A stretch of DNA of 64,000 nucleotides, taken from a virus (lineage: Duplodnaviria; Caudoviricetes). The first letter of the stretch is position 1. Each line of letters begins with the position of its first letter. The notes beneath the pieces were generated by a model. The model was given only the letters and a program-made list of their open reading frames with translations. It had not been told where the DNA came from and made no database searches. Positions 56,925 through 64,000 of the stretch are shown piece after piece. The stretch lies in the IMG/VR virus record IMGVR_UViG_3300029288_000065, positions 169,960 through 233,959 of that record, one strand, 5' to 3'. Made by a program: the position numbers and the translations under genes.

Positions 56925-57285
56925 TTGCCCGTAGGGTCAAATACCTCCGGCAGTATACTTCGTGCTTTTCTGCCACCTTCTCGTGGATGATGACTCCGAT
57001 TCGTTCCTCAATTGAATACCTTCTGGTGAGGAATGCAAAATCTTCGTCATCATTCTTCCACAGGAAGGGTTCTCTGGACTTATCCAGTCCAAGAAGAAAT
57101 TCCTGTTTTTGTTCTTTGGTTGTATTACTTCCTTCCATGTAGCCGCTTAGGGCAATGAGTTCCAGGAACTTCTGGTATTCTGGTTCGTTGAGGACTATTA
57201 CGTCTGCAAGTGCCACATCAGGCACGTATGTTTTGAACTGGAACATGTGTACCTCCTTCTGCATGGCGGTGGTGACCCATTTCAC
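56908..57285 (-). CDS. Hypothetical protein (related to 49029-49718)
   Basis: VPDV....VIVLNEPEYQKFL. Confidence 0.68.
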   Translation of the reverse strand: MKWVTTAMQKEVHMFQFKTYVPDVALADVIVLNEPEYQKFLELIALSGYMEGSNTTKEQKQEFLLGLDKSREPFLWKNDDEDFAFLTRRYSIEERIGVIIHEKVAEKHEVYCRRYLTLRANAKRR

Positions 57286-57400
57286 GGCAACCTCGGAATA
57301 GGAACATGAACGCGATTACTATAATGATGCTGATTACTATAAACATGATTATACTTTTTACTGGATTACTCTTCTCTTCCTCTACCGACAGTGTTACCAT
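57218..57400 (-). CDS. Small membrane protein
   Basis: RBS AAGGAG; single TM. Confidence 0.55.
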   Translation of the reverse strand: MVTLSVEEEKSNPVKSIIMFIVISIIIVIAFMFLFRGCREMGHHRHAEGGTHVPVQNIRA

Positions 57401-57436
57401 TTTGGCTCCTTTTCTATCTTTTCCATGGTATCATGA

Positions 57437-57465
57437 CCACCCCCTCCAACAACGGGAGGGGGTGG
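57437..57465 (-). terminator. Intrinsic terminator hairpin
   Basis: CCACCCCCTCC / GGAGGGGGTGG 11-bp stem. Confidence 0.65.
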
Positions 57466-57482
57466 ATTGACCCACGGAGAAG

Positions 57483-57881
57483 TTACCCGATGGAGATCCC
57501 CAGGGACTTCCCGTCCAGAGCGGCCTTGGAAGCCTCTTCGACTTCCACGGTCACCGGAACTTCGACGCCAAGAGGATCAACAACCTTCCCCTCGACCGTC
57601 TGAGGTTCGGACAATCGTTTATAGAGCTTGTCAAAGACAGCGACACCAGCAGTGTCCTGGTGTTCACGCCGGATTGACGAGCTGGAACCGACTACCAGGA
57701 TCGCGGTCACCGTCTCATCCCCGTTCTTTACGGGGAATTTGATGGTGTCCACGACTCCCTTGGAGAAGGACAAGGGCTTCTTGTCTTCTCGCTGAGGCAA
57801 ACCGAGCAGGGTGATCTGCTGGATGCCTCCTTCCTTGATCTTCCGACTAACCTTGAGTTTGACTTCGACCGACTTGGACAT
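57483..57881 (-). CDS. Hypothetical protein, GC-rich, probably highly expressed
   Basis: RBS AAGGA; followed by a terminator. Confidence 0.78.
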   Translation of the reverse strand: MSKSVEVKLKVSRKIKEGGIQQITLLGLPQREDKKPLSFSKGVVDTIKFPVKNGDETVTAILVVGSSSSIRREHQDTAGVAVFDKLYKRLSEPQTVEGKVVDPLGVEVPVTVEVEEASKAALDGKSLGISIG

Positions 57882-57905
57882 GTGTGTTCCTTTTCGTAGG
57901 GTTAT

Positions 57906-58427
57906 TTAAATGATAAGCCTTCGCTTTCCGAGTAACTTCTCCATAGCCACATCTTTCTTCTCTGGTGGCTTTTCTGGAGCCAGTTCCTCAGGTGTAATAG
58001 TCTGGTCATCTCTGACCCATCTCTTCAATAACGGATGACGATTCCCCCCACCCCCTTTCTTCTTTTCACCTTGTGACGCCTTGAAGAACCATTTGACAAT
58101 GGTCTCAGGCGTCACTTTCTTCGTCTTCTTATTCCCTTTCAACAATTTCTTAGATTCCTCACCATAACAACATTCCACAGCATCCTGGTAAACAGTAAAG
58201 GTAGCAATTACGCCACTACTGTATGGGTCCAGGATGTGAATGTCGGTTGAGAAGTGGATTCTGAAGGTTGCGTACTTATGCATATCGTCCCGGACGATTG
58301 AGAATGTTGGCTTTAGGTATTCCAGGACTTCCAACATAAGTTCTTCTGCTGCGTCTTTGGGTTTGTCAGGGCCGATTACTCGTCCTGAACTACCAAAGCT
58401 CCCCATAGAAATTGGTATCATCGACAT
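57906..58427 (-). CDS. Hypothetical protein with an LGKRRLII tail
   Basis: 173-aa ORF. Confidence 0.68.
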   Translation of the reverse strand: MSMIPISMGSFGSSGRVIGPDKPKDAAEELMLEVLEYLKPTFSIVRDDMHKYATFRIHFSTDIHILDPYSSGVIATFTVYQDAVECCYGEESKKLLKGNKKTKKVTPETIVKWFFKASQGEKKKGGGGNRHPLLKRWVRDDQTITPEELAPEKPPEKKDVAMEKLLGKRRLII

Positions 58428-58491
58428 TTTCGTTTGCCTTTATTAGTCAGCCTTTTGCATATTTGAAAATTAATTTGGGCTTCTTTTTCCA

Positions 58492-58950
58492 TTAGTATTT
58501 CGTCGCCGTAATCTCGATTTCGCCCTCAGCGTTTGTGGTTACTGAAGCCGTGTAGCCAAGGCGGCGAACCTGTTTGACAGCAACCTCCTTGGCATATTGC
58601 CGGCAGAGAAGGTCACAGCTCTTTCCGACCACCTTCTCCAGGCCGTTGCCTCCATTCCAGAAGTCATAGATTAGGTGGTATTTCCCGGTCTTGGGGTTCT
58701 TGACGACGCCGATTTCGTAGGCGTTCTTGTTATTGGCTACGGAAATGGTGTGTTCTGCATCCTTTCCGTAGGTCTTGGGGTCAAAGCCGTTCTTGTAGGC
58801 CGCGTCTTTGCCGTGGTAGTCACCTACCCATTGGCCATACCATTTATAATTCTTCTTTCCTTTGTTGAAGACTAGACCGAGAGCTTTGCATGCTGCTTCT
58901 AGGCATGCGAAATCTTTGATCTCAAGTTCAACGGCTGCCACGTGACTAAT
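58492..58950 (-). CDS. DUF1257 (Ycf35-like) protein with a probable ATT start
   Basis: (I)SHVAAVELEIKD...L..AC..LGL...YKWYG...YEIGVV...L.YDFW..G.GL...Q.YA; AAGGAG 6 nt before ATT. Confidence 0.8.
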   Translation of the reverse strand: MSHVAAVELEIKDFACLEAACKALGLVFNKGKKNYKWYGQWVGDYHGKDAAYKNGFDPKTYGKDAEHTISVANNKNAYEIGVVKNPKTGKYHLIYDFWNGGNGLEKVVGKSCDLLCRQYAKEVAVKQVRRLGYTASVTTNAEGEIEITATKY

Positions 58951-58964
58951 GTTTTTCTCCTTCT

Positions 58965-59276
58965 TCAGCTGACTCCGTAGGAAGTATCAACATTAATGTT
59001 GATACTTGCTGTGTTATCGTTTAAATTGACCAATTTGGTCAATTTAACCAATTTTTCTGGCTTCATTCCCTTATATGCAATTGGATACATCTCCTTCAGG
59101 ATCCCCACTTTTATATCACTAATTTTAGTTTTCTTGGTTGCATGGATATATTCGAATTGTCCAGCAACCACTACGTAATAGAAATCCATTATTTCTTCCT
59201 CATTGGGAGCTTGGGGGTAGGACCCTTCCAGAGGGACTTGTCCTTGGCATTCCGCTTTGCAGTGTTCCAGATACAC
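58965..59276 (-). CDS. Hypothetical protein
   Basis: Likely start MDFYY. Confidence 0.5.
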   Translation of the reverse strand: MYLEHCKAECQGQVPLEGSYPQAPNEEEIMDFYYVVVAGQFEYIHATKKTKISDIKVGILKEMYPIAYKGMKPEKLVKLTKLVNLNDNTASININVDTSYGVS

Positions 59277-59632
59277 TTACCTTGGTTCTTGATCCACTTA
59301 GAGAAATCGTCTTTATTTGGTCCGAAATCACGTGGATAAATCACATAACTCTGTGCGCCTGCGCGTGCCAGGGAAATTCTTCGACCAATTGCTTTGGAGA
59401 AAGTGTCGCGTGGTGAACAAATGGAGAACCCCATTTTCCAGGCCGAACCATATGGTTTCAGACAAACCGTCACACCACCATTATTCAAAATCCCATCCTT
59501 GTTTTTACGCCGGAAGTGGAAATATTGGATCTTTCTGTCCGTCTTCGGCTCAGGAGAAGTGATACCTTTCTTCTTCATTTCCTTCGCAACGGTTGTAGCC
59601 TTCATTCTTTCTTCTCCTCTTGTGGTCCACAT
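59189..59632 (-). CDS. Conserved phage hypothetical protein
   Basis: GGVTV...G.S.CS..D.F.K..GR.I...RA. Confidence 0.68.
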   Translation of the reverse strand: MWTTRGEERMKATTVAKEMKKKGITSPEPKTDRKIQYFHFRRKNKDGILNNGGVTVCLKPYGSAWKMGFSICSPRDTFSKAIGRRISLARAGAQSYVIYPRDFGPNKDDFSKWIKNQGKCIWNTAKRNAKDKSLWKGPTPKLPMRKK

Positions 59633-60021
59633 TGTTCTTCAGGAACTCCCATGATACAAGGGATAATTTGGGTTTCGAAATATTCCTTCATTTCTTTCTT
59701 TGCCAGCTCGCAACCGAATGCCTCTTCGGTCGTCTGTTTTAACCAATGATCTTCCATATAATTCACGATCTCTTTGAAGACTGTATCTGTATCAACTTCC
59801 AAGAGAATTGTATGGCTGTTTGGTGGTACTTCGTCCGGTCTAAGGATCATAGCTGCTGGTCCTGCATTGAGGAGCATATTCTGGCAGCCCATCTGCATAC
59901 ATACTCTTATATCGCAACCTCGTGGACACCCACCATGGCCAAATATTGGTTCGAAGTATAATTTCTTTAGTGATGCGTAAACTAGATCATTATATCTCGC
60001 TTCGCTGATTTTTACAACCAT
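59602..60021 (-). CDS. Hypothetical protein
   Basis: Coupled ORF with a Cys cluster. Confidence 0.6.
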   Translation of the reverse strand: MVVKISEARYNDLVYASLKKLYFEPIFGHGGCPRGCDIRVCMQMGCQNMLLNAGPAAMILRPDEVPPNSHTILLEVDTDTVFKEIVNYMEDHWLKQTTEEAFGCELAKKEMKEYFETQIIPCIMGVPEEQCGPQEEKKE

Positions 60022-60409
60022 ACTTCTCCTCCTCTAGTTTCTCTCTGAGTTTGGCCTGGTATTCACGTCGATAATCGTCGAAATGATTCCATGTTAAATC
60101 TTCGGCACTGTAGTCCCTAAAACACAAATCGTCAACAAATAGAGCTCTCAACTTTTGAAAGAATTGAGGGTCTCCAAGGTTTAAAACTGTATCATATTTT
60201 GGTTCATCGACAAATACGCCATATTTGAATCTTACCTTGACAACGACATCAGATGTCCCATCGAAGACCACTGATCCTAATAACGTTGGGTCATTTCCTG
60301 CTTTTATAGCAAAACGTGTTAATTTTGGGTTTAGACTAAAGTCCAAACCAACATTATAAATGTCGCCTAATGATTCTGCCACTATAATACTGTATTCTGC
60401 TCCTGTCAT
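59990..60409 (-). CDS. DP-motif family protein
   Basis: VLNLGDPQFFQKLRALF. Confidence 0.72.
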   Translation of the reverse strand: MTGAEYSIIVAESLGDIYNVGLDFSLNPKLTRFAIKAGNDPTLLGSVVFDGTSDVVVKVRFKYGVFVDEPKYDTVLNLGDPQFFQKLRALFVDDLCFRDYSAEDLTWNHFDDYRREYQAKLREKLEEEKYGCKNQRSEI

Positions 60410-61179
60410 AATCCATGCTTCTTTCTTAGATCACCAATGATTCCTTCAATATCCTTGGCTTCTTTTCTTAATTTCCTAATACTATGCACAGCATCCTTTA
60501 TTATATCACGCTTGATTTTCTGGGTTCGTTCTTTATGTTTTACCAATAATTGCATGAACGATTCCGCTACCTTCTCAAAGCACTTTGGATCTGATAATAT
60601 GAATTCCTCATGGTCGTTCACCAATTGTAATGTTATAGTGTCACTCTTTTGCTTCAATTCATAATCATGTCCCCATCCAAACATCTTCAACAAGACGCTA
60701 TATCTGAACTCGCCACTTACAAATCCTTCGTATTTATATGTAATCTCAGTATTAGGTAATATTTCTTTGACTTGTTTGATAATTAGAGGTACTACGTTGT
60801 TGTTTTTATTCGGTATTTTCTTTCTGAGTATTTCGATCTCATCCTTAACTAGATCATATGGGAATCCAACTTTTGAAACACTAAAGTTATCATCATTCCA
60901 ATAACATCGAAAACCACGCGCCTCATGGTTATATAAGGATTTGTGAAAAATATCCCAATTATTGCTTTTAAAGTTATATCTTACTTTCATTCTGGACATC
61001 TTTGGGATGGTCCATATAATTCTAACTTCACTATCCCAGATATCAACTTCACTGAACTTGGCGTCTGGTACATTAAATAGTCTGTTCAATAATGGTAGTA
61101 GGACTTTTTCTATCTTGGTTTCATTCAACGGTGGGTATATTTTTCGTATTTCGTTGTCTACTTCTTCAGCTTCAGTCAT
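60406..61179 (-). CDS. DP-motif family protein with coiled-coil tail (paralog of 12088-13026)
   Basis: FILSDPKCFEKVAESF...RDIIKD. Confidence 0.75.
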   Translation of the reverse strand: MTEAEEVDNEIRKIYPPLNETKIEKVLLPLLNRLFNVPDAKFSEVDIWDSEVRIIWTIPKMSRMKVRYNFKSNNWDIFHKSLYNHEARGFRCYWNDDNFSVSKVGFPYDLVKDEIEILRKKIPNKNNNVVPLIIKQVKEILPNTEITYKYEGFVSGEFRYSVLLKMFGWGHDYELKQKSDTITLQLVNDHEEFILSDPKCFEKVAESFMQLLVKHKERTQKIKRDIIKDAVHSIRKLRKEAKDIEGIIGDLRKKHGL

Positions 61180-61424
61180 CGTTGTTGATTCGCAGGTTTC
61201 TTCAGTTGACGGAAAAGGTCCTCGTCCTCAGTAGCAACAAGAGTCGCCACTGCCTTTTCAGTGTAAACCATTACTCCATAGATCTTCTTTGGCTGCTTGG
61301 AACAGGGAATGCATAGAACTGTTCCAATAGCCAGGAACCTTTCGTTTGGTGTGTCAGCTCCACATCCTGGGCATTTGTGGATCCCCTCTGGGTCTTTTTT
61401 GATCTGTTCAAGCAAGTCTTCCAT
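61176..61424 (-). CDS. DksA/TraR C4-type zinc-finger protein
   Basis: CPGCG..TP.ER..A.GT.LCIPC; RBS GGAGG before ATG 61424. Confidence 0.7.
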   Translation of the reverse strand: MEDLLEQIKKDPEGIHKCPGCGADTPNERFLAIGTVLCIPCSKQPKKIYGVMVYTEKAVATLVATEDEDLFRQLKKPANQQR

Positions 61425-61598
61425 TGACCCTCCCTTGGTGCGCTGACACCTTGGTAAGAATTGCTTCAGCTTTCTCCTCATTCCCAGTTGTTGTTAGGTC
61501 AATCGCTTTACACAAGAGTTGCCTGACCGATGTCTTTTGCTCGTTCTGGAGTGCATGCAGAAGCCGAATTGCCAGGTCCTTCATCTGATCATTTCCCT

Positions 61599-62180
61599 TT
61601 AGTTTTCACTCACCATACACTTCATTGCTTCACCGTACTTCTCTCTGGCACCTTCAAACCATCCGCGATAGAAGTGACCAATAATCTGTGGGTCCAAAGT
61701 CCTTTTCTTGTTATCTGAATATTGGATTATATCCCAATTTCCAATAAAGTTAGTATCGTGACTAATTGGGGCATAAGTCATAGCAGCCCTTCCATCAAGG
61801 GTAAGGGCCATTACTTGCAGAACTTCAATCCTATTTGGGTCTTGTGATGGTTTTGGGTGGTCCTTTAGATTCTTTAGATCCTTAGACTTAGACATCCATC
61901 CCTCAGATACGAATACAACTGATATTGGAATCATCTTTTTCTCGAATAGTCCTTTACCAAGTTGAGCTATTAGATTGTATTTCTCAGAGTGAGAGAAAAT
62001 ATCTGACATGATTACCATGTGGATCATAACCTTCTCGCCCTTTTCATCGACAGCGGTCACGTTGAAGGCTGGGACAAAATCTACCAGCCCAACCTCACTG
62101 ATAATCTTGATATTGTTATTGACATCTTCTTTAAACTCTTCATCCGTTATCTTGAGTTTCTGCGGTAGTTGTTGATCCAT
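61599..62180 (-). CDS. Hypothetical protein
   Basis: FVSEGW...PSQDPNRIEVL pattern; RBS AAGGAG. Confidence 0.72.
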   Translation of the reverse strand: MDQQLPQKLKITDEEFKEDVNNNIKIISEVGLVDFVPAFNVTAVDEKGEKVMIHMVIMSDIFSHSEKYNLIAQLGKGLFEKKMIPISVVFVSEGWMSKSKDLKNLKDHPKPSQDPNRIEVLQVMALTLDGRAAMTYAPISHDTNFIGNWDIIQYSDNKKRTLDPQIIGHFYRGWFEGAREKYGEAMKCMVSEN

Positions 62181-62799
62181 CTGTATCTCCTTGAGAATTC
62201 TTCGTATCCTTGTTAATCATCTTAATAATTCTTAACGCACGTTTCTTATGCCTCTCACAACGTTTATCCATTTTCATATTCCGTGACAGGAATTTTATCC
62301 AATCAATATTTTTCTTGATTGTCATTGGAATATCCATGTCGTAATCGCCGTATAGTAATTCATTTACAATGACCAATATATGCCCGTGTGCAAAATATGG
62401 TAAGACAAAATCTCTAATTTGGTCTTGGACATTTGGGTCAGCAATATAAAATTTTGAATCAAACCCGTGCTCTCCATTTGGATAATCAATTTTCCCATTT
62501 AGATTTATAAATTCATTTTCGATATTTAAACTAATAGTCACTCGTGTATCTCCGTCGTCCTGATCACGTCGAATATGATAAACTCTATCAGTTGCTCCAC
62601 GGTTTTCCATTTTAAACTTCGACAATCCATCAAAGAAATGATTATAGATTTTCTCTTCTTTCTCTGCCTTCTCTTTCTCACATTTCTTACAATAATCACC
62701 GCAAGATATAGATCCGCATGTCTTGCATTCATAGAAATTAATTGTCATATTTAGCTCTTTGCTGACTAATTTTATAGCATCCTTAATCTTTTTGTTCAT
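62140..62799 (-). CDS. Zn-ribbon plus DP-motif protein (paralog of 20723-21382)
   Basis: CKTC...CKKC; KFYIADPNVQDQIRDFV. Confidence 0.75.
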   Translation of the reverse strand: MNKKIKDAIKLVSKELNMTINFYECKTCGSISCGDYCKKCEKEKAEKEEKIYNHFFDGLSKFKMENRGATDRVYHIRRDQDDGDTRVTISLNIENEFINLNGKIDYPNGEHGFDSKFYIADPNVQDQIRDFVLPYFAHGHILVIVNELLYGDYDMDIPMTIKKNIDWIKFLSRNMKMDKRCERHKKRALRIIKMINKDTKNSQGDTDGSTTTAETQDNG

Positions 62800-63203
62800 T
62801 TTCTACGCCTTTCGTCAATGATTACAGCATTCCCAGAACTTATAATACTAGTCCCATCATCCCGAAGGATTAGTTGACTATTTATTCCTTCCCTGGCAAG
62901 TCCAACCTGAAGAGCAACGTCAGGATGGATTGAATCTTTCTTGTCGAACCAGACGAAAGTCTCGTTTGGAAACGCAGCGCAGTAGGGTACTTCAGGTACG
63001 CCGGTAGAATAAGCGTTGATACCAAGATCAAGCTTTACCATCTCTATTTCACCGTCTTTTATGTTCATGATCCTAAGGACCATTCTGTCCCAACTGGGCA
63101 GCTCTGATACTTTTGTCTTTTTCCAGGTGATCTGTTGGTCTGCTTTAATTTTCTCGTGGAAGGTATCAATCACCTCCCATTGGGAATCGGTCGGTTTGGA
63201 CAT
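62796..63203 (-). CDS. Hypothetical protein
   Basis: RBS AAGGAG. Confidence 0.65.
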   Translation of the reverse strand: MSKPTDSQWEVIDTFHEKIKADQQITWKKTKVSELPSWDRMVLRIMNIKDGEIEMVKLDLGINAYSTGVPEVPYCAAFPNETFVWFDKKDSIHPDVALQVGLAREGINSQLILRDDGTSIISSGNAVIIDERRRK

Positions 63204-63453
63204 CTTGTGTCTCCTTGATGAGATCTATCAGCCATTTATAGGCCTTTGGGTCACTTAAGTCATCAAGATCATAATTTTGCCCTCTGTGTCCCAATCTGTT
63301 TTTATAGATGACCAATTCAGGGTTATACCGAAGAAGAAAAGTATAGTGACCCCAAAGCTCTATCATACTATAACAATATGGTCGTGGGATATATTCAATG
63401 TTGTTTTCTTTAAATAATTCCATAAGATAATCAACATGTAGTTGTAGGAGCAT
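63166..63453 (-). CDS. DP-motif family protein (paralog of 50161-50544)
   Basis: LHVDYLMELFKENNIEY...DLSDPKAYKWLIDLI. Confidence 0.72.
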   Translation of the reverse strand: MLLQLHVDYLMELFKENNIEYIPRPYCYSMIELWGHYTFLLRYNPELVIYKNRLGHRGQNYDLDDLSDPKAYKWLIDLIKETQDVQTDRFPMGGD

Positions 63454-63715
63454 GTTTCAGATCCAGTGTAGCCAGGTTGGTGTTTAGATAGTTTACTTCA
63501 GCGTCAAGGGCTTCCTGTTTTGTATTGAACGGCCCCAGAATTCCTCCTCCAACTGGTCGCATATCCGCTGTCCACGTCGTACCTTCAATTGACGGCTCAA
63601 CATGGCTTGCTCTTTGGACGTGGGCTGTTCCTTCTACCAGGATTGGCCTGAGTTCATCGTCGTGGATGAATCTGATTTCACCACCTTTGAGGATTGCGAA
63701 TTTTATTGTTTTCAC
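63431..63715 (-). CDS. RASHVEP-family small protein (recalled alongside Ycf46/DUF1257/DUF2997 clusters)
   Basis: G.IR.I.DD...QRASHVEP...WTADM.PVGG..LGPF.....AL.AEV..L; GTG start with GAGGAG. Confidence 0.7.
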   Translation of the reverse strand: MKTIKFAILKGGEIRFIHDDELRPILVEGTAHVQRASHVEPSIEGTTWTADMRPVGGGILGPFNTKQEALDAEVNYLNTNLATLDLKHAPTTTC

Positions 63716-64000
63716 GTAAAACTCCTCTGCTTGGAATTAGCGATATTCCCATTCGAAACCAATCTTACCCCATGAAAACCGAAAGGGAATTTATTTGGGG
63801 CCTCAATACACCAAAGATGATATTGATTTGCCGAATCAACCAGACGAGATTCAGCAGGATACAATTCTACTGCCTCAGCCTCAGGACCGACAAGTAGATT
63901 CTTGATCTCCTGGAGCTCTCGCCAATCATGGATTGTTTCTTTATCAATCCGCTTGATTGAGAGATGAATGATATCAGGCCAATCCTGGATTTTATTCCTT

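Noticed and set aside
1524-63453. DP motif as a DNA recombination site (integron attC-like) or a DGR target
   Set aside because: Synonymous positions vary freely, genes overlap with no intergenic palindromes, and there is no integrase, reverse transcriptase or TR/VR pair in the window.
1-64000. CRISPR array, tRNA, tmRNA or rRNA
   Set aside because: I saw no regularly spaced repeats, cloverleaf or T-loop signatures in the few intergenic gaps. This was by eye only; tRNAscan and a CRISPR finder were not run.
1-64000. Alternative genetic code (stop-codon reassignment)
   Set aside because: Conserved genes are full length in code 11 and TAA, TAG and TGA all act as stops at coupled junctions.

Overview
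This window looks like part of a very large (jumbo/huge) bacteriophage genome, probably an early or accessory region. About 130 tightly packed, often overlapping ORFs lie almost entirely on the minus strand in the standard code, with one two-gene plus-strand island at 624-1299. I saw no rRNA, tRNA, CRISPR array, housekeeping operon or structural gene. Recognisable genes are an unusual sigma-70-family factor with two region-4 domains, NAD-dependent DNA ligase, a stand-alone ATP-dependent ligase core, a UPF0489-like hydrolase, a DUF932-like protein, an SF2 helicase, two HNH endonucleases, a WGR protein, a Ycf46-like AAA ATPase with DUF1257 (two copies) and DUF2997 partners, a GHKL-ATPase/HExxH protein, a MoxR AAA ATPase with its vWA/DUF2201-like partner, and a DksA/TraR-type zinc finger. 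These conserved genes are visibly GC-richer and are separated by AT-rich runs of small ORFans. The main observation is that roughly 50 of these otherwise dissimilar ORFans share a short motif, hydrophobic-x-[LIM]-x-[DN]-P followed by an amphipathic helix (for example FELADPEFFKQAREII). The motif is attached to at least four unrelated scaffolds, and once it is fused in frame to DUF1257. This suggests an undescribed, greatly expanded docking-tag or adaptor system. Other observations are a ~144-nt structured RNA candidate near the sigma gene, an AUU start codon, an RBS-occluding hairpin on an HNH gene, a recurrent YGATA upstream element and a shared GxRx[LI]xL tail motif. All family assignments come from motif recognition by eye; no database search was run.
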